A stretch of DNA of 64,000 nt, taken from NCBI GenBank assembly GCA_030704615.1, contig CM060731.1, forward strand, positions 6,386,001-6,450,000, read 5' to 3'. Of this stretch, positions 49,584 through 61,641 are shown one piece after another (within the stretch, counting starts at the first letter, position 1; each line of letters starts with the position of its first letter). Made by a program: the position numbers and the translations under genes. Under the pieces are notes generated by a model. It worked only from the letters and a program-made list of their open reading frames with translations, was not told where the DNA came from and ran no database searches. The DNA comes from Takakia lepidozioides. Its lineage: Eukaryota; Plantae; Bryophyta.

Positions 49584-52500
49584 ATGGAGGATGCTTGTGA
49601 AAAGGGTGGAGCGGACTGGGTGAATTTTGTGCACCAAACTAGACTGAAGAAGGAGCGAAGGTACTGGTACTAACTAGACGAGTTTGATCATAAAATAGTG
49701 GAAGCATTTGTAGACCTCCGCGCCCGGAAGCCCAAAAACTCGAATTGGCAGAAGGACAAGCTCTTCTGTCCCTTCTGTGAAGAGGTTATCAAGGACAAAA
49801 TCCAATTAAATCAGCATTGTGTTGACATGGGTTGCAAGGAGACTGTTGCAATGATTCCACGGGATTTCAAGCCTTGGCCGATACTGAAAGAAATGTCGAT
49901 TGTCAAAGAGGCCACAATGCGCTTACGCGGATCAGTGCTTGACCCCCGCACTTTGGAATTAGACGAAGTGCGCGCACGGTATGGCGTCCATTCTGGTGGC
50001 CCGTCAATGGAGGATTTGCAAGTGCAGGGAACGCCGGACGCTCCCAGAAAACGTAAACTGAGTGATGGGGCCCAAAAAAAAAAAAACAAAAAAAAGAGAA
50101 GGCTGCAAGGTCTGCTCACGAGGCAAGGGCAAAATCCACGCAACAGACTGAATCCCGTCCTGGGCGACAGATCCACACCATCAGTACTGATACTGAAAGT
50201 GAATATGCTCAGGGCCTGGAAGGGGTGACAAGTCCAGTGGACATTGACTTGCCTGACCAGACTCGGCAGCAGACTCACACAAATATCGCGACCCATGCCA
50301 TTGGTTTAGGGTCAAAACCAAAAACTCAACAGAGCACTGAAGGACCAGTCTGCCCTGGCACATTGCGCCTCGTTGACTTCGGGCTTTTCCCACCAGAGTG
50401 CCCACCAATTGGGGATCCAGACTTCTTCCGTTATTTCTACAGAGTTGCCCAGTCAGGTCTGCTACGCACATTCATCCGACATGCGGAACAGAACTGGTTG
50501 AACAGCTTTGAAGATGAAGATGACGATGATGAAGTAGAGGAGGTAATGGTCAGTTTGACCGCCCAGTCTGTTCTTTGTGCTGTTTGAGTCCATCATCGGG
50601 GTCACGTTGCCTATTCAGTCTGGTCAGTCCGCTGCGTTCTCTCCTCAGTCCGCTGGCTCACTCCGCTCGTCAGTTAGTCTGTTTTATATCGCTGCATTAC
50701 TTACTGAGTCCATTTGTCAGTCCGCTGGTCCAGTCCACTGGTATAGTCTACTAATTGCCTCCACCCTATGTACGCACGTTACAGTCTGCTGGTCTGTGAG
50801 TCCAGTCCGCTGCATGAGGTGAATATAGAGTCCACATCCATGTTCTTGACGTCCAAGTTCTCTGCCGTGTACCAGGATGAACGTGTTTCTATTCGTAGGG
50901 CCATTCAGGTTTGGCAGATACCTAGCAATGATGCTCTTTTACAAGCGACTGCAGTGCGTGCGGAAGTGGACCGCGTGCGAGAGTACATATTATTGAAGTA
51001 TCATGGGTCATCTGCGGCATTACATATTCAAGACGCGTTGGGGGAGAATGCGTATGGGACAGCCGAGTCTGCCATCCAGCAGACTCCCATTCAGCAGGCG
51101 TCATCCAGCAGACTCCCGTTCAGCAGCCTGTCATCCAGCAGACTCCAACGGAACAGACTCCCAACGAGCAGCCTGTCATCCTGCAGACTCCTCTCTAGGA
51201 GCCCATCATGCAGCCCATACCAATGGGAAGTCCTGTCATCCAACAGACTGCGGACCAGCAGACTGACCAGCAGACTACCTTTCTCTCACATAGCATGGCG
51301 CTTTTTGCAGTTTGGCGATCGCCATCACCGGTAATTCGACCCGGAGCTGAAGACCTCACATTTCCCCGGCTTAGGGTGGGAAAAATTAATCCCCATTTGG
51401 ATTGGCATAATGAGCTCCACCGGATTGTTGCGGACCGCCGGTGGTCATTTGTACCCTTTTATTATTCTATGGAGTTTTCTATTGAGGAAGCCAACCATGT
51501 TCTAGAAGCCGCCTATGCTGTTGCCATTGAAGCCACAAGCGACCAAAATGCGCCGCCTCTACTTGTGCAGCTGATTCTCATGGATGACCCACAACCTGAA
51601 GACCTCATACATATGCCTATGGCACATCCAACCTTTGGGGTGCGAAGAAAACACTTGTTCGGATTGACTGAGGAGGACTTTGAGCGCATGGCAGCTTCCT
51701 TCCTACAACACAGATGGATGCAATTTGGCAATTTCCGCTCATACAACAAGTTGATAAAGGATCTACATAGTTTGAGGATGGACTTACTCCATGGAACAGA
51801 CCATTCACAGAAGTTTGTGGTGGATAATGCATTGCACTTGTTTGCATTGGTGATGGAGCGAGCAGTATTCGACATTGTTTTGCAGAATCCCAATGTCTTC
51901 AAAGTCCTATGGTGTGGGATCCCAACTGAAGACCGCATCGGCGCCATTGCTCATCTCGATGGAGCATGCCTGTGCCGGCAAATCAAGGACATTGGCCTCA
52001 TCGGAAATCTCTTGGAAGGTAAAATATTATGGGCAACTTTCGTGTTTCAGCTCAATTTCTTTTGCCAACGTTTTTAGAAGTTCACATTTGCATAAACATG
52101 TGTTGCAGGGCGAGTTGATCTGGGAGACAAGCAAGTGCAGGCTGCTTTCGACTCTTTTGCCAGAGGTGCAAGGGACCTTGTCCTGGCTTTACAAGGAATT
52201 CGGGAGATTGTCCAGCAGACTGGCCACAAGAATGTCCAACAACATATTCCCCACGACACATGTGGGCAGACTGCCCAAGTGCTGGAGACCGAGCATGTGC
52301 GCCAGACCGTCCCGGGTAATAGGCCGGATCACTCCCAGCAGACTGCCCCGCACAAACATACTCAGTATGTGCAAACAGTACTGAGCGGGCAGCGAACTTT
52401 GCAGACTTTGCAGCAGACCGGAGAATAGACCGGCCAACAGACTGCCCCTCAGCCGACTGTGCAACAGACCAGCGAACATGGCCACCAGACTGCCCCTCAG

Positions 52501-52887
52501 CAGACCGTGCAGCAGACCGACGAATCCAGCCAGCAGATTGTCCGTCAGCAGACTGTGCAGCACACTGGCGAACCCACTCAGCAGATGGCCGAGCAGACTA
52601 TCCAAGAGACTAACATCCAGTCTGTTCCCTGGATTGTGCAACAGACTCAGATGCACTGGCCTCACCGAGACCCTGTGGACGAATTTCTGCTGAGTTCCCA
52701 ACAACATGTTTTTGGATCTGCCAGTATGAGTGTTTTGACCGAGTCCACTTTTCCCCCAGGCACATTCACTGATGACGTCATCAGGTCACCGGTAAAGCAT
52801 TCTTATCCAGCTCCCCGTGGCCTGCCTTCTATGACCTTCCAGCTTAGTCCCGTTTTCGTGCGCTCAGTGGCGAAAAGCCATAGATGA
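49584..52887 (+). pseudogene. MULE accessory gene of unknown function (zinc finger, NLS, acidic patch, Q-rich repeats)
   Basis: ATG 49584; CPFC-x12-HC finger; PRKRK; EDEDDDDEVEE; introns ~50543-50874 and ~52019-52108; 289-aa open block at 51208-52077. Three premature stops (TAA/TAG) and about two frameshifts. Confidence 0.65.
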
Positions 52888-52890
52888 GTC

Positions 52891-55800
52891 TTACGTGATG
52901 ACCGAACTCAATCTGGGAACGCAAAACCGTATCATAGATCTTACAGAAGAGTCTGAGGAAGCAATTGCCGGCGGGTCTTCCATACACGTTCTTGATGTTT
53001 CCCAAAAAACCCTAGGCCGGGTTTTCCAGGCCTCCACGAAATCTCGTCTCCTTTTCAGAGACATGTTGTTGTTGTCGTTCAGAGGACGGAAAGCCTTCGC
53101 TGCCGCAGGGTGCAACATTCTAGCCGCACTTTTCACCAGGATATCAACGAGCTACCCTCTGCACATATGAAGAGCAGATCGGGCATGTGCCTCCAGGTAT
53201 TTGTTATCATCTACAATGCGAAGTATGTCCGCGAATTCTTGTTCCATTGAGGCTGAGACCTCTAGAGGTGCCTCATCGTAGGAGAAGTCGTCCGGAGGAT
53301 GTCTTTCCATGAACTGATTGGATTCATCGTTGCCGCCGGCACCATTGCCCAAGAGCAAGTTAGGTAATCCTCCATGAATGGTTCCCAGCGCCGTGCCACA
53401 AGCGCGCACAAGGAGGCCATCCTGCAGGTCAGGGTGAAGCATCTTCAGGACACGGACCTGATGCTTGCATAAGTTTCCCTTCATTGCCCATGGGCACGTG
53501 CAACAACCCCAATCGCAATCAGGATTGTAAACAATGTATGTTGTGCCGGGGTGGTTGCTGCTGAGAACGTAGGCTGGTTCACCAGGACCCAAGGGAAGAG
53601 TAACACTCTCAGCAGGAATGTCTCATGCCGCAAGTATAGAACTGGATATGTACTTTTCATGTTTGTCATTTCTTATGAACCCGTGGTCTTCAAATGGATT
53701 GCATACCAATAGTGTGTTAGCACACGGCCAGTGAGTTCCCATATAAGCCAGTCCACTCTACGACTACTCATCTTGCCTTTCCCCATGGCAAGTCTTGCCT
53801 TCAGATTTCCATGGTATGCCTCAATGCTTGCGTTTGTGTCTTGGCTCGCATGAGGGACATGGCGGGCTGCTGTACACCACATTGCTATTTTGGGCTTCAA
53901 GTACTGTTCGATATAGTCAAGAAATTCATGTCCTTTCGGGTATTTTGACCTCATACGACGGATTCTCCTTGCAACCCACCGAAGCGCTCTTTTCTCGTTA
54001 CGTGGTCCCCCTCTACAGTACATGAGGTCTCCCATATTCTTCAACAAGTTTACAGCGGTCACCGGATCCTTCGTTTTCTTGCATGATTGCTTCACCCATG
54101 CCTTGCGGACATGCCAAAGGCAGAGGAAAATGAGTACTCCTTCAAAAACAATTCTGCACAACACACATAGTACACATTAGAGTCTTGGGATCGGACTGCA
54201 ATGGTGGACTGCCGGAGTGGACTGTAACAGCGACCTGTATCAGCGGGCAGAGCCACTGGACTCACCCAGTGGACAGTACAATGCCATGACGTTGATGTGC
54301 TGGAATAACCCCATTGGACTACCCAGTGGACTTCCCCATTGGACTTCCCCTAGCTAGGACTGGGGCAGCGGACTGCATCAGTGGACTGCCCCGTTGGACT
54401 GCCACAGTGGACTGCCGAGCGGACTTGCCAGGGACTGCCGAGTGGACTTGGCAGCGGACGGCCGACCCCAGGGACTGCTGAGTGGACTTGGCAGCGGACT
54501 TGTCGGGGATTGCCAGGGGGCTGATGAGCGGACTTGATAGCGGACTACCAGTGGATTTGCCCAGCGAATTGCCATCGGGTTTCGCCACATGAGTCTGCCA
54601 GTGGACTGTAGCAATGGACTGCTGCAGTGGACCTCGACAATGGACCGGTGCTGTGGACCAACAGACTTACCGAATAGCGTTGATTTCTGCTTCGGCATCG
54701 TCCACAATGAAGGCATTGGGTCGCCAGCTCGGCAAATCTGCGAGGAGTGAATTGCGCAAGGCTCTCATCCACGGAACCAGGTCTCTTGTCCAATTCCTCG
54801 CGGATAGGATATAGGCAACTGGTATACCGTTCAACCACTCGTCGAAGACCATCAACATGTATAATGGGAACTGTTGGAATACACAATGTAAGATGGTCAG
54901 AGCATGCAAATTCCGCTCAGTTCTGCACGAGAAGACTTCATAAGAGTGATGAGGTCTGCAGTGGTTCACAATGGGTCTGCCCCTCGGTCTTCTGCAACGT
55001 ACACATGAAAACATACAGAAAGGGTCAGCACACCAAATTTTATGTGAATGTTGCATGGTACTATGCTATCATGTTCGTACAAGTCCATGGAATCGTTCGA
55101 ATAGTACCTTGTCATGATTTGTCCCAAAGGTTGCATCACATGCAACGATACGGTCATGTCCTAGTTCCAGCATTCGTCGTTTCTGCCACGGAGTCTGTAT
55201 GCCAATAGTGAATGTTAAATCTCCATCAAAATGCTTAAATGTTGGCTCTAATTTCTCCTCTTGATAGAAAAAAACGGACGAAGGATTCTGGTCTCTCCAC
55301 ATGCGCACACTCTCTGCATCATCGGCGTGCTTTTTGAAGGTTTGTCACGCACGTTTCTCGGCAAGGTTGCAAACATCTTGCTCCAACAAGAAATCATCGC
55401 GGGTCCATGCATCGCCCAAGCCGGTGTGGTTCATCGTGTGCTCTCTATGCTCCATCATGATTTGGGCGACCGACAGGCCTCGGCACAAACACTCGACGAC
55501 CCAGGCTTTCAATTCCTCGCTAATGTGTGGTGCATAGGCGTGGCGGGTGTTCCTAAACTCTGTGGACTTCCCATGCGAGGGTTTCCCTTGCGCATCTGTA
55601 TGCTCCATGTTGTTGTAGTACGTGAGGACACAGATGTCAGGGGCGAGATAGCATTGCTGGACCTTGAAACAACATTGGCAACCACGTTTGTAAGACTCTC
55701 CATACTCCGACTTCTTTCTCCTTGGGCCTTTATGAGGGCAAGATATTCCAGCACCCACAAGAGGTCCTCCACGCTTCTGTTTTGGATCCTCCACTATTGC

Positions 55801-56291
55801 CTTGTTGGTGCGCTTGTCATCAGGACTGTAGCAGCATTGATACCTGGACAGAAAATTCTAAAATCGATATCCAACGACTTGAGGAAGCATAAAATCAGAG
55901 AACTCGTGAAACAAAAAATGGCAACAGACATACAACGAAACGTCAAAAGGACTGAGGATGGTGCACACATAATACTGGACAGAAATGTGTTGGCTCTGGG
56001 TGTTTTTCGCGAGCCGGGTTCCACTTTAGAATGGACATTCACCCAAAACTGAGTGGGGTAGTCCTCCAAACTCTCCTCTCCCAGGACGAAGTCACCAACT
56101 CTATCCCAAGGTATGCAGGCCTTTTCAACATTCACTCGCACACCCATCAACCCATATTGCGTCTCACTCTTCCAGTGGAGATCCTTCCTGTTGAAGGGTC
56201 CTGGTTTTGCTGTTTGCAAACATTGTCAAAGAGGCCGTATAAGCGGGCTTTCCGTGATCAGTATATCATCGGGTTTTGCTTCCACGTCCAT
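52891..56291 (-). pseudogene. MULE DDE transposase with SWIM zinc finger, spliced, with premature stops and frameshift
   Basis: IPWDRVGDFVLGE, KRGCQCCFKV, ACDATFGTN (D1), FIVDDAEAEINA (D2), LCLWHVRKAW, TNASIEAYH (E), CTCPWAMKGNLCKH (SWIM); TGA stops at ~56227 and ~55346. Confidence 0.92.
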
Positions 56292-57017
56292 GCCCTATAC
56301 AATACAAAGGACACGCTTCTGAACATGCAAGAAACGCGCCGCAGTACAGGACACGATCGACAACGTGCCAGGAGAACAGTGCGCACGTTCGCGGCTGCTG
56401 GCAAGTGGCAGGCGGCAGGGATGCAGGTTTGAATTGCAGCCCTAAAAATGGAGGGTTCGGATGGGTTATGGGAATGGACGGTGGCGATCCTGCGCCGTCA
56501 GCGGACTGGATGGCAGGGGACTGACGGGCAGACTGGCGGACTGACAGACTGCTGGGCAGCAGACTGGCCAGCAGAGGACTGGCAGACTGGAGGGCAGCGA
56601 ACTCATGGGCGGGGGACTGGCCGCGCGGCGGACGGGGGCGCGAGCGCGGTTGCTGCAGCCGCGCCCGCGGCTGGGCAACCGCGCGCAGCGGTGGGCGGGG
56701 CGGGCGGGGTGCTGGGGAGCCAGGCGTCCGTGCGCGGGGCCAACCGGCCACATCGCACGTGCCCATTGAAGACCCTATTATCTTAAAATGAGAGGCCATC
56801 TTGTACCATTCTCCATTTTTTTCTTTTTTTTTGGTTTTATGAGAGGTGGATGGTAGTCCTCATAAGTTAATGAAAGGTAAGGGAAAAATAACCTGAGAAA
56901 CTCCATTTTCATACTGAAAAACTGGTTTGACCAAGACCTTTTAGAATTTTCATTGATACAAGCTACCCAGATTCTGATTATACCACACCTACAATACGTC
57001 CACCCAAATATGCAAAG

Positions 57018-57020
<3 letters not shown>

Positions 57021-57060
<40 letters not shown>
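57021..57060. repeat. (AT)n microsatellite
   Basis: About 20 AT units. Confidence 0.95.
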
Positions 57061-57063
<3 letters not shown>

Positions 57064-58306
57064 TTAGAGAAACAGGGGACTTGGCCCTGGTTGGTAACTT
57101 TATTGCTGAATTATTGAAGGGAAAAAAATTAAAACCCTTGAGGCTGCCATAAGGCATATCGCATGAGAGCCATGCATGATAACTGAAGTTCGTCACTGAG
57201 GATTCTTCCCGGATATTTCGTAAGAAGAAGTAGTGCTCTACCGGCGTGCTGCCTAATTGGCTTTACGAGCCCTAGGGAGGGTGTGTGAACCCCTGGAAAA
57301 AACTATGTGACAGTAGACTGCGTCGTACTACCGACTAGAGGACTACTAGATAGTGCCAGTAAATCATCCAGTCCAAGACCAAGCAATGGAAAAGCGCATA
57401 CTGCTCTTCTGCATGCCAAGAAGAAGAAGCCCAAAAAAAGAGCCTTGCACATGTGCCTGACTAGGGTTAAAATAAGGAGAAAAAAGAGAGAGATGGGGGG
57501 ACGAGAGGGTAGGGTAGGCATGAACCGGAACGCTGTGGAGATTACGAAGTGGAACGGGGCGGACGGTGGAGCTGATCAGGGGAGGTGGAGAGAGGCAGCC
57601 GAGCCAGTATGAATCGAGCAGCTACCGATGGAAGTGGAGCTGCATTGCAAAAGACGAACGGACATGTTTCCAGTTGATTTCGGATCTTTCAAATTACGGG
57701 GAGGCCGAAGAGGAGACGTCTGTGTCCCTCCCAACAGCAGGGGAGTTTGTCTGCCCATACACAGGTGAGGTCATCAGAGCAGATCTTAGGCGAAATTTTG
57801 AAAACAAGTTGCGAGGAGAGATGACGATGGTGAAGCTCCGTAGGGCTGCACGCAGTGGCGACGGCCTGCCCTTGCGGCGGCCAAAACCTTGGCGATCCAA
57901 CGATCTAGGTCGTGCTGCATGGCGAGATCTCTACCGTTGATCGTGCGATGGGGCGACAGCTGCTAGATGTAGGGCTGTGGGGAACGTGTATTTCTGGCGC
58001 AACTCGCATGTTCCCCTGGAGTTTTCTGGCACCAGCCTGTGCGCGCGCCCCTATTTTCTGGCGCATTTTTTGTTTTTTTTCCCGGGATTTTACATAGGGC
58101 TGTCGCAACCCTTTGTTTTTTTTATCGCTTTTAGGCTCCATTTCGCCTAAAAAAGAAACGCTGGTTGGGAGTAGAAATGGCCATTTCTATCATCGGACCC
58201 CAATTTTTGAGGGTCATGTTGAGCGGATTTTTGAGCGGTCATGTTGTTGCTACCCTTCATACTCATTACACTGATATAAAATGAAACCATTCTAAGCTAT
58301 TTACAA

Positions 58307-59171
58307 GGGGGGTTGGTAGGATGTGAGCACAACGGTGAGCAGAGCTCACGTGAGCACAAACCCACGGTCATGGGGGTTTTATGTTCTTAAACCGTGGTCA
58401 TAGGAGTTATATGTTTTCAAAACGGAATTAAACCATTGGCGGATATAGAGACAGAGACACGGTGCATTTATAGGGTTTTTGTGCCTATTTTTGTCCCTAA
58501 ACCCAAAACCCTAATGCGGAATAGGCACCCATAATGTATATATACAAGCTCCAAGTTCCATTATCTACAGTTTTGATATCCTACAAAAGAATAACACATT
58601 TAGGAAAAACAAAGTCACGTTAACCAACAACATCCAAACACACAAATATCAAACAATAGTTGAACAATTTAATATAATGAGGCAAACAACGGGTTTCGTT
58701 AACGAAAAAAAATCAAGGTATCGAGTTTCGCTAGCGAAATAATGGATTTCGCCTGTAAAACATTGGATTTTGCCAACGAAATATTGGGTTGCGTCGGCGA
58801 AATTTCCAGGTATCGTTGCGTAGGTCGTTATCCTCTGGTTTCGTGGGTGAAACAAAATGTGTTGAGTTTGGTTTTGCATATAAGAGACAACGTGAAATTG
58901 TTTTATTTCGCTAACGAATTGTTATATGCTTGTGCGTATAGAAAAATAAACCACGGAAATAGGGTGCCCGTCCATATTCATGACTCATTTTGTGCCTATT
59001 TCTCTCGTGTCAATTTCCCATCGTGTGGTTTGTGCTCACATAAGCACAAGTGTGTTCATGAACACAAATTGCACATTTTAGTTTCGCTATCGATCTTTTC
59101 AAGAATATTCTAGGAATTTTTGGTATATCCTCTTCTGCTCACGTGAGCCTGCTCACATGCTACCCAACCTC
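58307..59171. mobile_element. Non-autonomous TIR element (MULE-type MITE)
   Basis: Ends GGGGTTGGTAGGATGTGAGC..gctcacgtgagca and tgctcacgtgagc..GCTCACATGCTACCCAACCTC; TTTACAA on both flanks; a related terminus at ~60128-60215. Confidence 0.7.
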
Positions 59172-60329
59172 TTTACAAACATAGATTGCCAAAAAAAAAC
59201 AATTTCCTACTTTCATCCAAGCGGGCCAACTATTGCCTGAGCTGGTAGATAATTCCGGCCAAGAAAAATGGGCCACGTCCTCAATTCTGATGAACTGACC
59301 CGGGGGCCTACTTACTATGGAACACCCCCAAAATGGCCAAGTCTCATCCTATGTTTCATAGTTTTGCCCAACCACCTGCCAACTATCAACCGCTTCCTAG
59401 CAGGCCGTGTACAAGGAGGCCACGAGCAAAAGACATCAAGCAAAAGATCATTGTAAAGACAAACATGACAGAGGGAGCGCGAGCATGGCATCGTTCTGCG
59501 CGTGGGTTGCCTTGCGAGCACCTGCATCACCCCCAACCTCACAATCACTTGCATGGCCTCTATCACAAATTCCCAAAACTGAGGGGGAGTTGAACCCCGT
59601 AATTTGTCATGTGTGAACACAATCCCCCCCTCCCTTCCCCAAGCAGCAAGCATCACCCCAAAGCATCCATACCTCACAATCAAGCTACATTGACCCCCAT
59701 TCCCCAAACAGCCCCCAAACCTCACATGGGTACCCAAATCAAACACCCACAACACACCTGACACCAAAACCATTAGCCCTGCACAAAGACCACGCACCTT
59801 CAGCCACCAACACCCTGCCATGCCACAACAACCCATGCCACCATATGTCACATCCGCAAACATGACACTTGCCAACCCACCCCAAACACCCTAGTGAACA
59901 CTCAACACACACAAAAAGGTTGAATGATGGTTTCAAAAATTGGACAAACCATTGATTTATGTGTAGTGGTTTTATCATAAGTAATATTCAGAAGTGCTGT
60001 AACATTTCCATTGCATATGTGATGGAAACAAGTGAAATAATGAAAGTTATAGAAAGAAATGATTGTCATAAATCAGTTTTTTTTTTTTTTTTTTTTGGCA
60101 CTCTGGCACCCTATTTCCGTCTATAGTGAGGTTGGGTGGCGTTGAGCCTGCTTACGCAAGCAGATAGGCATATTCTGTATATTCCCCAAAAATCCTAAGA
60201 ATATGCATTAGCGAAACCAAATAACGCTCACACAAAAAAAATTGTGAAATTATCATGGAAACTGTGCTCACGCTACAAGACCTACGAAACTACTATATGG
60301 ATATATGGTACTATATGATACCATATGAC

Positions 60330-60386
60330 ATACTATATATACCATATGATACCATATGGTGTGGTATCATATGGTATATATAGTAT
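60330..60386. other. Perfect 25-bp stem hairpin
   Basis: atactatatataccatatgatacca - loop tatggtg - tggtatcatatggtatatatagtat. Confidence 0.85.
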
Positions 60387-60638
60387 CATATCTGTCTATA
60401 TGGATAAATATAGTCACTATTAGAGCATGCATTAAGTTCTTACAATATTCATATTGTTTTTTCTCATTACTCAATCCAACTGTAAAATGGGCTTCATTGG
60501 GCTTCATTGGATCCACTAGTTATCTAATGTATAGTTACTCAAAGACTTTCAAATCCTTTGGGGAGGTTTGGGCACTTGTGCATTGTTCCAATGGTTACGG
60601 TTGTTAGAAGGTCTCCATCTTCTTACCTTTTCTACTTA

Positions 60639-61641
60639 TTATTTTATGATTTCTAATCTATCATCACTTGGTGATGTATCCTGCTGTTCTTCATTCGAAG
60701 CTTCAGAAGGTTTCGAATGTGAAGAGGCTTCTGCTAGTCCACTGATCATATCTGCACGTCCCAAATCTTGAAGCCTTGAAATAGGGGAAGATGCCTCGCA
60801 GAAAATGCGTGCTATATCAACGATCTCAAGTTCATGTGGCGAAACCATTGATTTCCAAATTGACTACGAACGATGGAAATCCATGCCACTATTTTTGAAA
60901 GGAACACCCACTCACCCTGTAGCAGGATAAAACTGTCCAGATCGCAACATATGAAGAAAGACAGCTGGAAGAGTTGTTGCAATCTATCTACGCATCTTGT
61001 GTTTCTGCCACATTTGTGCGCGCTCCAATATATTCTGATGCGATAAACAAACCCGGTTTTTTGATGCAGACGCTTCATATTTTATGTACTCATCCATACC
61101 CTGTTGCATCTGATCGGTAGTAATGCCCCTATGCACAAACCGAAAGTGAGGTTCATTGATATCTTTCATGCAGTAATCAACCATGCCGATAAAAGTGTGG
61201 AGTCCCCTATCCCTCAACAACTTGCAGTGGACGACATGATTAGTGGCGCCAACTGTGGATCTAACCATCCCAATTTTTTTTAATCTGCTTGTGATTGAAT
61301 GCTGGAACCGTATACCTGACAAACCATCTGGATGTGCAGGTACAAGAGAGTGCCACATTTTTCTAAAGCGCACAAACCAGTGACACAACTATCATATATG
61401 AACTGTTCCATTTTTCCCAAACAACTCTTCACCTTTGCCCTCATCCTGAGCAGGACCCCTCTTCCTTGCGATATCTTTCAGATTCCCTATCATGCATGCA
61501 AAAGAGATGGCGGTGGCACAGGCGTGCAAGACGATTAAGAAGATGACGGTGGCCGCGGCCATGGCCGTGGCCGTAGTGGCTCTGCCAAGGGAGACTCCAA
61601 GCCTGCTGGTGACGGCTGCTGCTGGGTCCCACTACAACCAT
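60639..61641 (-). pseudogene. Replitron HUH endonuclease/transposase, degenerate
   Basis: Across frames: GLCALEKCGTLLYLHIQMV (HUH motif with H>Y), KKLGW, GLHTFIGMVDYCMKD..PHF (Y1 motif), KNRVCLSHQNILERA, HMLRSGQFYP, GMDFHR..IWKSMVSP..DIARIF. Confidence 0.8.

Larger units (their letters stand above)
47591..56775. mobile_element. Mutator-like element (MULE), ~9.2 kb, long GC-rich TIRs, two convergent genes
   Basis: 47591-47825 is the inverted counterpart of 56436-56768 (caatgggcac(a/g)tgcgatgtggc...tttttagggctgc); internal DDE/SWIM transposase. No clean TSD found. Confidence 0.92.

Noticed and set aside
55261-56052. 263-aa plus-strand ORF
   Set aside because: Antisense shadow of the transposase exons.
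60639-61641. Helitron or geminivirus Rep
   Set aside because: No PIF1/SF3 helicase motifs nearby, and a single-Tyr YCMKD motif fits Replitron better.
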